The notes beneath the pieces were generated by a model. The model did not search any database, was not told where the DNA came from, and worked only from the letters and a program-made list of their open reading frames with translations. A program made the translations under genes and the position numbers. From an uncultured Candidatus Saccharibacteria bacterium (GTDB lineage: Bacteria > Patescibacteriota > Minisyncoccia > Phycocordibacterales > UBA9973), in assembly GCA_964496425.1 (NCBI GenBank), contig CAZBZO010000003.1:55728-119727 (forward strand): a stretch of 64,000 bases of DNA. Reading direction: 5' to 3'. Shown here in pieces: positions 18,185-27,606 of this stretch. The stretch's first letter is position 1; each line of letters starts with the position of its first letter.

Positions 18185-18514
18185 CTATGGATCAAGCGGG
18201 GTACGCATGCGGATAAATATGTCTTTACCGTCCGGTGATTTCTCCTTTTTGTATTTTCTATTTTTATTTATTTCAATCTTGCGCACCAATTCTTTCTCGA
18301 GGTCGTAGCCAAGTGTTTCGCACATACCAAGAAGAAAAATAGCAACGTCGGCGAATTCTTCCGCTACTCCAGGCTGGTTTTTACTGTATTTAGAAAATGC
18401 CTCGGAAAGCTCTTCGTGTGCGCGACAGAATTCAAAGGCAATATCACTGGTATTAAAGCCCTTTTCGAGCTTATTACGCATGACTTCCGCCTGTAAAACT
18501 TTAAGATCAATCAT
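18185..18514 (-). CDS. MazG-like all-alpha NTP pyrophosphatase
   Basis: EELSE...EEFADV..FL..M...LG.DL...L..K...N..R. Confidence 0.8.
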   Translation of the reverse strand: MIDLKVLQAEVMRNKLEKGFNTSDIAFEFCRAHEELSEAFSKYSKNQPGVAEEFADVAIFLLGMCETLGYDLEKELVRKIEINKNRKYKKEKSPDGKDIFIRMRTPLDP

Positions 18515-18551
18515 AGGTACAGTATAAAGTATTATGTATAAAGTATAAAGC

Positions 18552-19832
18552 CTAAAAACTCTTCCGATTCTTCAAAACATATTCCTCAGAATACCAACGC
18601 TTGCGAAGCTCGCCAATCAAATAGAAAGAGCCAGTGACCAAAATCAGATCACCCTTGGTAGCATTTTTCATCGCTTTATCCAGGGCCTGACCAGGATCAA
18701 GAAACATCTCAAGTGTCATAGTTTTCTTTTTGTATTTTTTTGAAAGCTGATAGAGTTCTCGTGGATTGGCCGCCTTGTGACCAGACCCGAGCTGAGTCAG
18801 ATAGACATGGTCTGCGAGAGACAAAAGTGGAGCAAGCGTATGAAGCGGATTTTTGCCTTGCTTCATACCGAAGACGAGGTGGAGTTTCTTGTATTTTAAT
18901 TTTTTTACATTCTCAACGGTTGTTAAAATCTTGGCTCTATTGTGGGCACCATCGAGCACAACAAGTGGAGACTTTTGCATCGTCTCAAATCGCCCCGGCA
19001 ACCGACACTTCTCTATCGCCTCCTTTACTTTTATTTCCGGTAAACCAATGTAGGCACAGATAGCTTCTACAAGCATTCGGTTGGCTTTCTTATACTCCTG
19101 AGTGACAGGGAGCGGCATATACTTGGCCCCGACTTTTTTCGCCAAGGTCACCAAATAGCTCCGGATCGCAGGACGAGTTTCGGTTGTAAAAAATGCACTT
19201 CCCCTTTTTAGAATACCAGCTTTGTTCCAAGCAATATTTTTGAGCGTGGGCCCGAGAAGTTCAATGTGGTCATAATCGATATTGGTGATCGCTGTCACTT
19301 GAGGCTTTGCGATAATATTTGTCGAGTCATACCTGCCACCACAGCCGACTTCAAGTACAACATGCTCGCATTTCATATCGCGAAAGTAGAGGAGCGCAAT
19401 CGCAGTCTTAAGCTCGGTATATGACGGGCCGCCATACGGCGCGTCACGATAGGCTTTATCAACCAACGGTTTGCATTGCTCCATATAGGCTGCAAAAGCC
19501 CCCGGTGCAATATAGGTATCATTTACTTTTATATTTTCAATCGCGGAGGAAACATAGGGCGACGTATAGAGGCCAACTTTTTTGCCGCTTCTCCATAAGG
19601 CTTCCGCTACTGTAGCTGAAATCGTACCTTTGCCTGACGTACCGGTAATATGAATATATTTCATTCCCCGCTCCGGATGACCGAGAAGATCTAGAAAATA
19701 TTCCATCCGCTTGAGATAGAACGTCGTGTGTTGGCGATCACGCATATAATCGCGGTTGGCGACATTTGCCAGACTCGTGAGATACTCGTGAGCCTTGTGA
19801 TATGCTGTGAAATTTTTATCCTTTACGTTCAT
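18552..19832 (-). CDS. folC: Folylpolyglutamate synthase/dihydrofolate synthase
   Basis: HITGTSGKG, YTSP, LEVGCGGRYDSTN, DHIELLG, PGRFE, LDGAHN, GSFYLIG. Confidence 0.92.
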   Translation of the reverse strand: MNVKDKNFTAYHKAHEYLTSLANVANRDYMRDRQHTTFYLKRMEYFLDLLGHPERGMKYIHITGTSGKGTISATVAEALWRSGKKVGLYTSPYVSSAIENIKVNDTYIAPGAFAAYMEQCKPLVDKAYRDAPYGGPSYTELKTAIALLYFRDMKCEHVVLEVGCGGRYDSTNIIAKPQVTAITNIDYDHIELLGPTLKNIAWNKAGILKRGSAFFTTETRPAIRSYLVTLAKKVGAKYMPLPVTQEYKKANRMLVEAICAYIGLPEIKVKEAIEKCRLPGRFETMQKSPLVVLDGAHNRAKILTTVENVKKLKYKKLHLVFGMKQGKNPLHTLAPLLSLADHVYLTQLGSGHKAANPRELYQLSKKYKKKTMTLEMFLDPGQALDKAMKNATKGDLILVTGSFYLIGELRKRWYSEEYVLKNRKSF

Positions 19833-19864
19833 CGAAAGATTTTAGAATATAACAGATCAGTGCA

Positions 19865-20536
19865 CTAAACTTTTGTACCCTGCACATTAAAATTTGTTTC
19901 ACTTGTTGTGTGCGCTCCGCGAAGCAATCGAATACCAAGATATGAGAATGGTGTATAGAGTGCACCCATAGCTACTTTATAGAGCCACCAGGGAATGATC
20001 ATGAGGATAAGCGTTTTGATATCATATACTCCCACAAACGCAATCGCCATCCAGAGCACGGTATCAAGAAGTTCAGACCAGAGATTGGAAAGGTTTGAGC
20101 GAAGCCAAAATTTCTTGCTGCCAAACTTTCTCTTCAAAAAAAAGAACGCCGTAACATCTTGATATTCCGCGACCGCAAATGCGACAACAGATGCGATCGA
20201 CATTCGGATCGAAATACCAAAAAGCGTATTGTATGAATCATGCGCCCAGAGGCTCGCGTCCGACCATGGCATCACGATCGAAAGAATATTCCAGAGTGTA
20301 AATAAAACAGTTGTAATAATCCCCGCGAGGACAAAGGACCTGGCCATTGGTTTCCCATATACCTCGCCAACCACGTCGGTGATGATGTAAACAAAGGGAA
20401 AATAGAAGATCGACACCGACAGATGAGTGCCAAAAAGAAACGGCATGGTTTTAACGCCAAGGGTATTGGCTGCCAAAAGCGCCGTGAGGTAGAGCGCGAG
20501 CGCTATAATGATTTTCCGATCAATGATTTTTTCCAC
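19865..20536 (-). CDS. VUT/YhhQ-family (queuosine precursor) transporter
   Basis: FP..Y.ITDVVGEVYG, R.SIAS..AF, WLRSNLS...SE..DT. Confidence 0.85.
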   Translation of the reverse strand: MEKIIDRKIIIALALYLTALLAANTLGVKTMPFLFGTHLSVSIFYFPFVYIITDVVGEVYGKPMARSFVLAGIITTVLFTLWNILSIVMPWSDASLWAHDSYNTLFGISIRMSIASVVAFAVAEYQDVTAFFFLKRKFGSKKFWLRSNLSNLWSELLDTVLWMAIAFVGVYDIKTLILMIIPWWLYKVAMGALYTPFSYLGIRLLRGAHTTSETNFNVQGTKV

Positions 20537-20544
20537 TGTAAAAA

Positions 20545-20574
20545 ACTAAAAATACCCGCAAGGGTATTTTTAGT
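20545..20574. terminator. Hairpin directly after rplK
   Basis: ACTAAAAATACCC-GCAA-GGGTATTTTTAGT perfect 13-bp stem. Confidence 0.75.
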
Positions 20575-20576
20575 GG

Positions 20577-21002
20577 TTAGTCTTTGATGTCGATACCGGC
20601 TGAGCGAGCAGATCCCGCAACAATCGCCATTGCACCTTCGATGTTTTTTGCATTCAAATCAGGAAGTTTCTTCTCAGCAATCTCTCGCACTTGTGCCTTG
20701 GTGATTTTGCCTACTTTGGAGCTATTGGGTTTACCAGAACCTTTCTCCACGCCTGCGGCTTTGAAAATGAGACCTGCAACAGGAGGTGTCTTGATGACAA
20801 AGTCATAACTGCGGTCTTCGTAGACAGAAAGAAGGACTCCGACAGTGTTGCCGATATCGTCCTTGGTCGCAGCGTTGAATTTGGTGACAAAGTCTCCAAT
20901 ATTCACACCTGCCTGACCCAAGGCGGGACCAAGTGGTGGCGCAGGGGTAGCTTTACCAGCCGGTACGTTTAATTTGATTTTTTTGAGTATTTTTTTAGCC
21001 AT
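20577..21002 (-). CDS. rplK: 50S ribosomal protein L11
   Basis: [29 protein letters not shown]. Confidence 0.97.
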   Translation of the reverse strand: MAKKILKKIKLNVPAGKATPAPPLGPALGQAGVNIGDFVTKFNAATKDDIGNTVGVLLSVYEDRSYDFVIKTPPVAGLIFKAAGVEKGSGKPNSSKVGKITKAQVREIAEKKLPDLNAKNIEGAMAIVAGSARSAGIDIKD

Positions 21003-21100
21003 ATATACAAGGTATACGATTTAATGATAGAGATAAGAAGCGAGCGTAACGAGAGCACAATACCAGAAATATCTTTTAAAAACAAGTGTCGAGAGACAGC

Positions 21101-21649
21101 TTAGATCTTCTTCACTTGGAGGAAGTCGAGCTCTACAGGTGTTTCGCGGCCAAACATAGCCACGAGCACCTTGACCTTGCCACGCTCCTGGTCGACTTCT
21201 GAAACTTTACCTTCAAGTTCTTTAAACGGTCCGTCGGCAATAGTCACCATTTCTCCTGGTGCAAGATCGATCAGATGCTTTGAAGTGGTGCCTGCTTCCA
21301 TTTTAGAGAAGAGGGCATCTACTTCAGACTTTTCAAGTGGCACCGGATTGACGCCGGCGCCGACGAAACCAGTAACCCGTGGAGTGTTGCGCACAACATA
21401 CCAAGAATCATCAGTCACCATCATGTCGACCAAGACATAGCCAGGATACACTTTTTCTTCGACTTCGACGCGCTTACCACCTTTGATTTTGACTTTCTTC
21501 TCAGTTGGCACGATGACGTTAAAAATTTTGTCGTTCATGCCGAGACTATCGATACGCTGCTTCAAATTACGCAGCACAGCATTTTCATAGCCGGCATACG
21601 TATGAATGGCGTACCAATTTCGCTCAGGACGTAGTTCTTGTTTTGACAT
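21101..21649 (-). CDS. nusG: Transcription termination/antitermination factor NusG
   Basis: [43 protein letters not shown]. Confidence 0.97.
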   Translation of the reverse strand: MSKQELRPERNWYAIHTYAGYENAVLRNLKQRIDSLGMNDKIFNVIVPTEKKVKIKGGKRVEVEEKVYPGYVLVDMMVTDDSWYVVRNTPRVTGFVGAGVNPVPLEKSEVDALFSKMEAGTTSKHLIDLAPGEMVTIADGPFKELEGKVSEVDQERGKVKVLVAMFGRETPVELDFLQVKKI

Positions 21650-21685
21650 AAGGATAATGAAAATTTAGTAATAAAGAAAAGCGAA

Positions 21686-21868
21686 TTAAAAACGTATCAA
21701 TTCAGCAACGCCTTTTGAAAAAATATAATCAAACACACCAAGCAAGTACGCTACGCCGACTGAAATCACAATAACAAAAGCCGTATAAATAATAGTCTGC
21801 TGTCGTGTTGGCCAGTTGACGTGCTTAAGCTCTGTGTGTGTATCTTTTAAGTATGTAATGATGCTCAT
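21686..21868 (-). CDS. secE: Preprotein translocase SecE
   Basis: ELKHVNWPT motif, single TM, upstream of nusG. Confidence 0.93.
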   Translation of the reverse strand: MSIITYLKDTHTELKHVNWPTRQQTIIYTAFVIVISVGVAYLLGVFDYIFSKGVAELIRF

Positions 21869-22025
21869 AGTGTTGTAGTGTAATTATTAGTAAATAGGTA
21901 GTAAATAAAAGGGTTTTTCCTCTTACTGTTCTTCAATTTTCCCAATTTAAAAAGCCCGCGGGGGCTTTATATTTCTATACTACTTTATTTAAAATAAAAG
22001 TCAAACACACTATCTATGCTCAATC

Positions 22026-22060
22026 AAAAAACCGCTCCTCTGCTATGAGGGCGGTTTTTT
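22026..22060. terminator. Intrinsic terminator after SIMPL gene
   Basis: AAAAAACCGC...GCGGTTTTTT. Confidence 0.7.
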
Positions 22061-22080
22061 GAAGATTGCAGTAATCTATT

Positions 22081-22902
22081 TTAGCGAATCTCGTAGGTAA
22101 TCGAAACAGTGGAAACAAATTTATTTTCACCGGTTGGTATGCTTGGAGCTGACTCAACTTTGTTGGCAGAGCCCATAGCCATATCTGCAGCATAATACAT
22201 TGGAGGTGTGTAGCCTCCGTCGGATTCTGAGAAGTTCACAATACGGACCAAATTGACGCCGAGCTCATCGGCAAGTTCATCGGCTTTCGCTTTGGCATCT
22301 GAAATAGCATCTGCGCGAGCTTGTGCGAGTACCGCATCTTTATCGTCAATTGCAAACTCTGGACCAGAAATATTTGTTACGCCTTTTGTACCAAGCAAAG
22401 TAAGGACGTCCCCGGTCTTTGCTGTGTCACGAACCTTTACTGCGATTGTCTGTGATACTTCATAGCCTATGATTTTTGGAGTTTGTGTAGGACATGGATA
22501 AAACGTGCATGGCTTGCCGTAATCATATTTGGGATTGGCGCTATAGTTTGCAGTTTTAATATCTTTTTCTTCAATGCCACTTTCTTTCAGCGCGTCGATT
22601 GCTGCGTTTACTTTGTCAGTGGCGCTTTTTTGTGCAATTGCCGTCGTCGCGCCTTCTGTGTTTACCGTAAAGGTAATCGTGGCGATATCAGGAATTGCAA
22701 ATGCTTCACCAGTGCCTGACACCGTAATAGTATTTGAAGACGGCACCCCGCCGCCAATATACTTCAAGCCTTTCGCTTCACCAATAAATTTAACGAACAT
22801 AAACAAGGATGCGATAACCAAGAACACAAACAAGACACCGAGCACTTTTTTAGCTTCACGCGGCGGCACAGGAAACACATGCACATTTTTATTTTCTTCC
22901 AT
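22081..22902 (-). CDS. SIMPL (DUF541) domain protein
   Basis: ITVSGTGE...PDIA, A..DAKAKA..LA..LG, C-terminal V.ITYEI. Confidence 0.9.
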   Translation of the reverse strand: MEENKNVHVFPVPPREAKKVLGVLFVFLVIASLFMFVKFIGEAKGLKYIGGGVPSSNTITVSGTGEAFAIPDIATITFTVNTEGATTAIAQKSATDKVNAAIDALKESGIEEKDIKTANYSANPKYDYGKPCTFYPCPTQTPKIIGYEVSQTIAVKVRDTAKTGDVLTLLGTKGVTNISGPEFAIDDKDAVLAQARADAISDAKAKADELADELGVNLVRIVNFSESDGGYTPPMYYAADMAMGSANKVESAPSIPTGENKFVSTVSITYEIR

Positions 22903-22974
22903 ACGATAATATAAAATTATATAAATTAATAATATTCTACCTCTTTTGACGGTTCGTAAGACAAAATCTTACGC

Positions 22975-23496
22975 CTATTGTTTTGGTGCTGATGTATACA
23001 CTATCTTAATATCATCGATCATACCAAGATTGCCGGCATCATATGTTCCTTTTCCAGTGATTGAGTATGCGTCGTATTCGGTATTCTCTACACCGTTGAC
23101 ATACATGGTAATCGTACCTCCCGAAGCACTCGTATTGCCTAAAATAGAATCCTGAGAAAAATCTTTACCCCAGACTTTAAAAAAGTTGCCAATATCAAGC
23201 ATGTCGTAGGTCACCATGCCCGCGAACTCCGCGTGAACAACACCATCAGGCTCATGGGTGTGAAGCTCCATTGGATCTCCACCTGCTCCCATTGGGCCGT
23301 TTACACCAATATTGGCTGGCACGGGCACATCTACTCCGTTTACTTCAATAGCAAGATGAGCATGCCAATGCAGGCCATTTTTGGAGGCAACATCTGGAGT
23401 GGCAATTTTGGGTGCGGTTGCGATTTTATAAATCCCAAGACCTGCAAGAACAATAACGACGACGATAACAAGCGCTGTAGTGATTTTAGCAGACAT
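22975..23496 (-). CDS. Membrane-anchored His-rich hypothetical protein
   Basis: TM then HWHAHL...VPANIG...LHTHE.DGVVH.E; possible metal binding. Confidence 0.7.
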   Translation of the reverse strand: MSAKITTALVIVVVIVLAGLGIYKIATAPKIATPDVASKNGLHWHAHLAIEVNGVDVPVPANIGVNGPMGAGGDPMELHTHEPDGVVHAEFAGMVTYDMLDIGNFFKVWGKDFSQDSILGNTSASGGTITMYVNGVENTEYDAYSITGKGTYDAGNLGMIDDIKIVYTSAPKQ

Positions 23497-23593
23497 ACAA
23501 GAAGTATAACGCAAAACAAAGAAATAAAAAATATCTTGAATAAATACTATTATTGGAATCCGCTATAAAAATAAGGGAAGAGATTCTATCCGA

Positions 23594-24271
23594 CTAGCGA
23601 TTCACCACATCAGAAATCAGCTTTCCGTCAGAAAGCGTGAAGACTCGATGCCCGAGAGCGGCATATTCTGGCTCATGAGACACCATGACGATCGTCTGCC
23701 CGTCGCGGTTGAGGTCGAGAAATACTTGAATGACTTGATCGGAAGTTTCAGAATCGAGGTTGGCAGTCGGCTCATCGGCAAAAATGATTTTCGGGTCATG
23801 GGCGATGGCGCGCGCAATCGCTACACGCTGCTGCTGACCACCCGAGAGCTGGGATGGCAGATTGTTCATGCGGTCAGCAAGCCCGACTTTTTCCAGCGCT
23901 CGCATGGATTTTTTGCGAGCCTCGGCCAGACTGTACCCCTGCATTAAAAGCGGCACTTGAGTGTTCTCAAGCGCAGTGAGCGACGGCAAGATAGCATAAT
24001 CTTGAAAAATATACCCGAGCTCATTGAGACGAATCATCGTACGCTCATTTTCTGGAAGACCAACTACCTCTTTGCCATCAATAAAAATCTCTCCGGAAGT
24101 TGGGATATCAAGAAGGCCGAGCTGGTAGAGAAGTGTGGATTTTCCGGAACCAGACTTACCGGTAATCGTAAGAAATTGCCCTTCAGGTACAGAGAACGAA
24201 AGATCATTAATAGCAATAATTTCCTGATCGCCGCTTTGAAATATTTTTTTTATTTTTTCAACTTTAATCAT
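23594..24271 (-). CDS. ABC transporter ATP-binding protein (LolD/MacB type)
   Basis: GKSGSGKST, LSGGQQQRVAIARA, DEPTANLD. Confidence 0.93.
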   Translation of the reverse strand: MIKVEKIKKIFQSGDQEIIAINDLSFSVPEGQFLTITGKSGSGKSTLLYQLGLLDIPTSGEIFIDGKEVVGLPENERTMIRLNELGYIFQDYAILPSLTALENTQVPLLMQGYSLAEARKKSMRALEKVGLADRMNNLPSQLSGGQQQRVAIARAIAHDPKIIFADEPTANLDSETSDQVIQVFLDLNRDGQTIVMVSHEPEYAALGHRVFTLSDGKLISDVVNR

Positions 24272-24276
24272 ATGTT

Positions 24277-25554
24277 TTATCGTCCCAAAATTGCCGATAG
24301 TGTATTTTGCTTCACGACCAATCGCGCAGGAATAAAGCCGGCCAAAATCGTAGCTACGAGCAAGATCCCCGCCCGAGTCAATGTGCCAGGAAGTGTCGCC
24401 ACCAAAATACCGTCTGAGAATGGGAAATTAATCGGGTGAGCGGCAAAGTAGGGTTTGATCAGGAAAAATATCAGCACCATGCCGATCAACACTCCAAGCA
24501 ATGCATAAATAAGCGCTTGGATCATATACGAGAAAAGAATGGCGCGCTTATGAATACCTATTCCCTTTAAGATTCCGATATATCGGCGGCGAGTAATTGC
24601 GTTTACGAATATCACGATAAAAATAGTAATCGACGCTACCACAAGACCAATCGCGGAAATGGCACTCCCCAAAATCCCAAACGTCGCTTTAATGTCTTTC
24701 AGAAATTTTGGAAAGGCTTCTTCCGCTGTCTGGACTCGGGCAAATTCCCCTACTCCGTTATCAAGCAGAAACTTTTGTGCAAAGAGAAGATCAGTACCGG
24801 GCATAAGCTGGATCGCAATTGTATTGGCATTCAAATCACCCCGGCCGAGAAGCTTCCTTACTTCGCTATCAATCGCAATGATTGAGGTATCAAATTCGTC
24901 CACCTTACTCGAGACAAAACCTTTCACATAGTATTCTTTGATAGTGTCGCCGACCGTGATTTTTACTCGCGAACCAATTTCCACATTTTTTAGCGTTTGA
25001 AATCCTGGTGCTTCAATTGGAGTAAATTCGTAGAGCAAGTTTTTACCGATGAGCACGCTGTCTGAATCTTGCGGCGTGAGATACGAGCCGCGAGTCACAA
25101 ACTTTGATATGCCAGAAAATTCTTCTTCCTGCACTGGATCAATACCAAGGAGCACTCCTCCGGCTCCGTCGCGAAGCTCGCCCGGCTTTACCGTTTTGCG
25201 ATAATCTGATTCGATACGGGCAGTGCCGCTATAGCGCACCGTATGATCTTTATAGCCAGGAATCGTTTTAACAATATTAACCACCTGTGGCGTCTGGTCG
25301 ATCGAGATTTTATTTAAATATGGCGAAATAACAATGTCTCCGATCGCGTATTTCTTTTGCGCATCTTCCGAACCTTGAATCAGTCCGACTAAAATTCCTG
25401 AAACGACAACAAGATTTAAAAAGGTCAGAACCATGACCGCGACAATAAGAAGCGTCGTCCAAATATTGGCCCGCTTTATATCGCGCTTGGCCAAAAACCA
25501 GCCGACGCGCGCCTGGGTCACGAGAGTATGTTCTTTCGGATGACGATCAGCCAT
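24277..25554 (-). CDS. FtsX/MacB-like ABC permease
   Basis: TM1, large extracellular domain, three C-terminal TMs, RRRYIGILKGIG. Confidence 0.88.
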   Translation of the reverse strand: MADRHPKEHTLVTQARVGWFLAKRDIKRANIWTTLLIVAVMVLTFLNLVVVSGILVGLIQGSEDAQKKYAIGDIVISPYLNKISIDQTPQVVNIVKTIPGYKDHTVRYSGTARIESDYRKTVKPGELRDGAGGVLLGIDPVQEEEFSGISKFVTRGSYLTPQDSDSVLIGKNLLYEFTPIEAPGFQTLKNVEIGSRVKITVGDTIKEYYVKGFVSSKVDEFDTSIIAIDSEVRKLLGRGDLNANTIAIQLMPGTDLLFAQKFLLDNGVGEFARVQTAEEAFPKFLKDIKATFGILGSAISAIGLVVASITIFIVIFVNAITRRRYIGILKGIGIHKRAILFSYMIQALIYALLGVLIGMVLIFFLIKPYFAAHPINFPFSDGILVATLPGTLTRAGILLVATILAGFIPARLVVKQNTLSAILGR

Positions 25555-25555
25555 A

Positions 25556-27070
25556 CTATTTATCCTGCATTATTTCTACTTGTTCGCCGCCAGAGAGACC
25601 AGACACAATTTCTACCAAATTCCCGTCCCCGATTGATCCAGTCACGACAGCCACATCAGTAGTCGCATTTTTTTTATCAGGCGAAATGACACGAACAAAC
25701 TCTGTGCCGTCTTTTGTGCCGATAGCTTTCTGTGGCACCACAAGCACATCTTTTTTCTCGAAAATTGTAATTGTCATGTTCGCAGTCATATCAGGGCGAA
25801 TGTCAGGATTTTTCTCGATTGCGGCTTTGATTTTGTAGTTTACGACGCCGTCATCAATAGTGCCTGAAGGTTCAACTTCAGAAATCGTGGCTGGGAAGTG
25901 GCGGTCAGTACCGAACGCATCAAACGTCACGTCAACAACTAGCCCGAGAATAATATTTTGAATGTTGGTTTCGTTTATTTTCGCTTCGATATAGAGATTG
26001 TCGACATCTTGAAGAACCATGACTTCATCGAGCGCTTGAGCAATTTCTCCATATTTGATATCAACCCGAGTAATCGTGCCAGTGGTGGGCGACACAAGGA
26101 TAGTTTTATCATATTTGGCCCGCGCAGTATCAAGTGCTGCTTCGGCAGAGAGTACGTCAGTGGAAAGATTGGAGAGTGAGAAATCAAGATTAGCTTGTTT
26201 TTCTGCAACTGCCGCTTGAGCAGTAGCTATTTCTGTATCTTTGTTCTTTAATGCCTCTTGGTACGCATTGTAATTGGCGACATAAGAATCTGTTTTCGTA
26301 TTTGGAATTGTAACGTACCAGATCGTATCCACATATTCTGATAAATCACCAGAAAAACTAATAAAAAGACCGTGAGTACCGAGCATAGTAGGCTCATTTT
26401 CGAGTACTTCTGCAACCGTTGTTTCAAGGTCAAACGTTCGAATTTCAAAATCATCTTGGCTGCTTGAACCACGTTTGAAAATAATCTTATAGGTTCCTTC
26501 CTGGCCGTTATAAATACCTGTAACGGTCGGCGGTACGACATTGTACGTATCGGATTCAGCCACAGCAGTAAGTCCACTTGAAAGAAGTGTGCGGTAGGCG
26601 CTTGCAACAAGTGAGTCTTGTTTTATCTTCGTATTTGAAAGTGCAACCATAGCACTATTGAGCGCTGCTTCGGAGATACCGATCTCCCCTGTTTTTGCCT
26701 TTGCAAGATCAGCTTCAGCGCTTTTAAGTGAAGCAAGTTCATCTTTATTATCAAGGCTCGCAAGGAGCTGGCCTTGCTTCACCACATCGCCGACTTTTAC
26801 CGTCACAGATCGTACGATCCCGCTCCCGGTAAAAGAGAGCCCGAGATCAGTTCCAGAAGTGACAGTCCCTGTCGCCAGCACTGTTTTCCGGAGATCAATG
26901 CGATTGACCGTCTCAGTTACGGCATTGCTTGCGCTATTGCCAGATGCTGTAAAAAAAATAATGACGATAAGTACGAGCGCGCCGAAAATACTCGACTTTT
27001 TGTGAGTTTTTACAAACATTTTTAACCGAAGGAAAAAAGCATTTAATTTTTCACGAATTGATTGAGCCAT
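25556..27070 (-). CDS. MacA/HlyD-like membrane fusion (adaptor) protein
   Basis: ATGTV, V.VKVGD.VK.GQLLA.L, coiled coil, SP..G.I, IRPDMTAN, VEI.SGL..GE. Confidence 0.88.
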   Translation of the reverse strand: MAQSIREKLNAFFLRLKMFVKTHKKSSIFGALVLIVIIFFTASGNSASNAVTETVNRIDLRKTVLATGTVTSGTDLGLSFTGSGIVRSVTVKVGDVVKQGQLLASLDNKDELASLKSAEADLAKAKTGEIGISEAALNSAMVALSNTKIKQDSLVASAYRTLLSSGLTAVAESDTYNVVPPTVTGIYNGQEGTYKIIFKRGSSSQDDFEIRTFDLETTVAEVLENEPTMLGTHGLFISFSGDLSEYVDTIWYVTIPNTKTDSYVANYNAYQEALKNKDTEIATAQAAVAEKQANLDFSLSNLSTDVLSAEAALDTARAKYDKTILVSPTTGTITRVDIKYGEIAQALDEVMVLQDVDNLYIEAKINETNIQNIILGLVVDVTFDAFGTDRHFPATISEVEPSGTIDDGVVNYKIKAAIEKNPDIRPDMTANMTITIFEKKDVLVVPQKAIGTKDGTEFVRVISPDKKNATTDVAVVTGSIGDGNLVEIVSGLSGGEQVEIMQDK

Positions 27071-27075
27071 GAGAT

Positions 27076-27528
27076 TTAGTTGATTGCCACCAGCTCGACA
27101 TCAAAAATAAGAGTTGCATTAGCAGGAATCGGTCCGTGAGCAGTCGCGCCATATCCTTTCTCCGGTGGTATTGTCAAAGTTCTCTTTTCGCCAACTTTCA
27201 TGCCGATAAATCCTTCGTCCCAACCCTTTATGACCTGCCCAGCACCGACTGTAAACTGAAATGGGCTCACGTGATTGAACTGTGGGAGCACATTGGAGTC
27301 AAAGACCGTGCCGTCTGTGAGTTTACCAGTGTAATTGACCGTGAGAAGATCTCCAGCTTGAGCGACAGATGCTGCTTGGTTTGTATTTTCGTCAGTAGTT
27401 TGCATGGTAGTAGTGGGAGCTGCTGGAGCATCAGTTTTTTTAAAACCAAAATACACCGCCGCGCCGATAATAACTAAAACAATAATAATAGAAGTGAGAA
27501 GACTCAAGTTTCCTTTATTTTGCTGCAT
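27076..27528 (-). CDS. FKBP-type peptidyl-prolyl isomerase, membrane anchored
   Basis: [38 protein letters not shown]. Confidence 0.92.
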   Translation of the reverse strand: MQQNKGNLSLLTSIIIVLVIIGAAVYFGFKKTDAPAAPTTTMQTTDENTNQAASVAQAGDLLTVNYTGKLTDGTVFDSNVLPQFNHVSPFQFTVGAGQVIKGWDEGFIGMKVGEKRTLTIPPEKGYGATAHGPIPANATLIFDVELVAIN

Positions 27529-27606
27529 ATAATTTTTTATATTGCCTAATAAGTGCCTAGTATACACCATAGAGGGCATATTAAAAACTCTGGAGAATTG
27601 TTGCTT

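Noticed and set aside
9099-19832. Prophage DNA-modification locus
   Set aside because: No phage structural, integrase or polymerase genes; embedded among argS, glyA and rplK housekeeping genes.
21869-22025. tRNA-Trp or rpmG expected upstream of secE
   Set aside because: AT-rich spacer with no cloverleaf/TTCGA arm and no L33-like ORF recognised.
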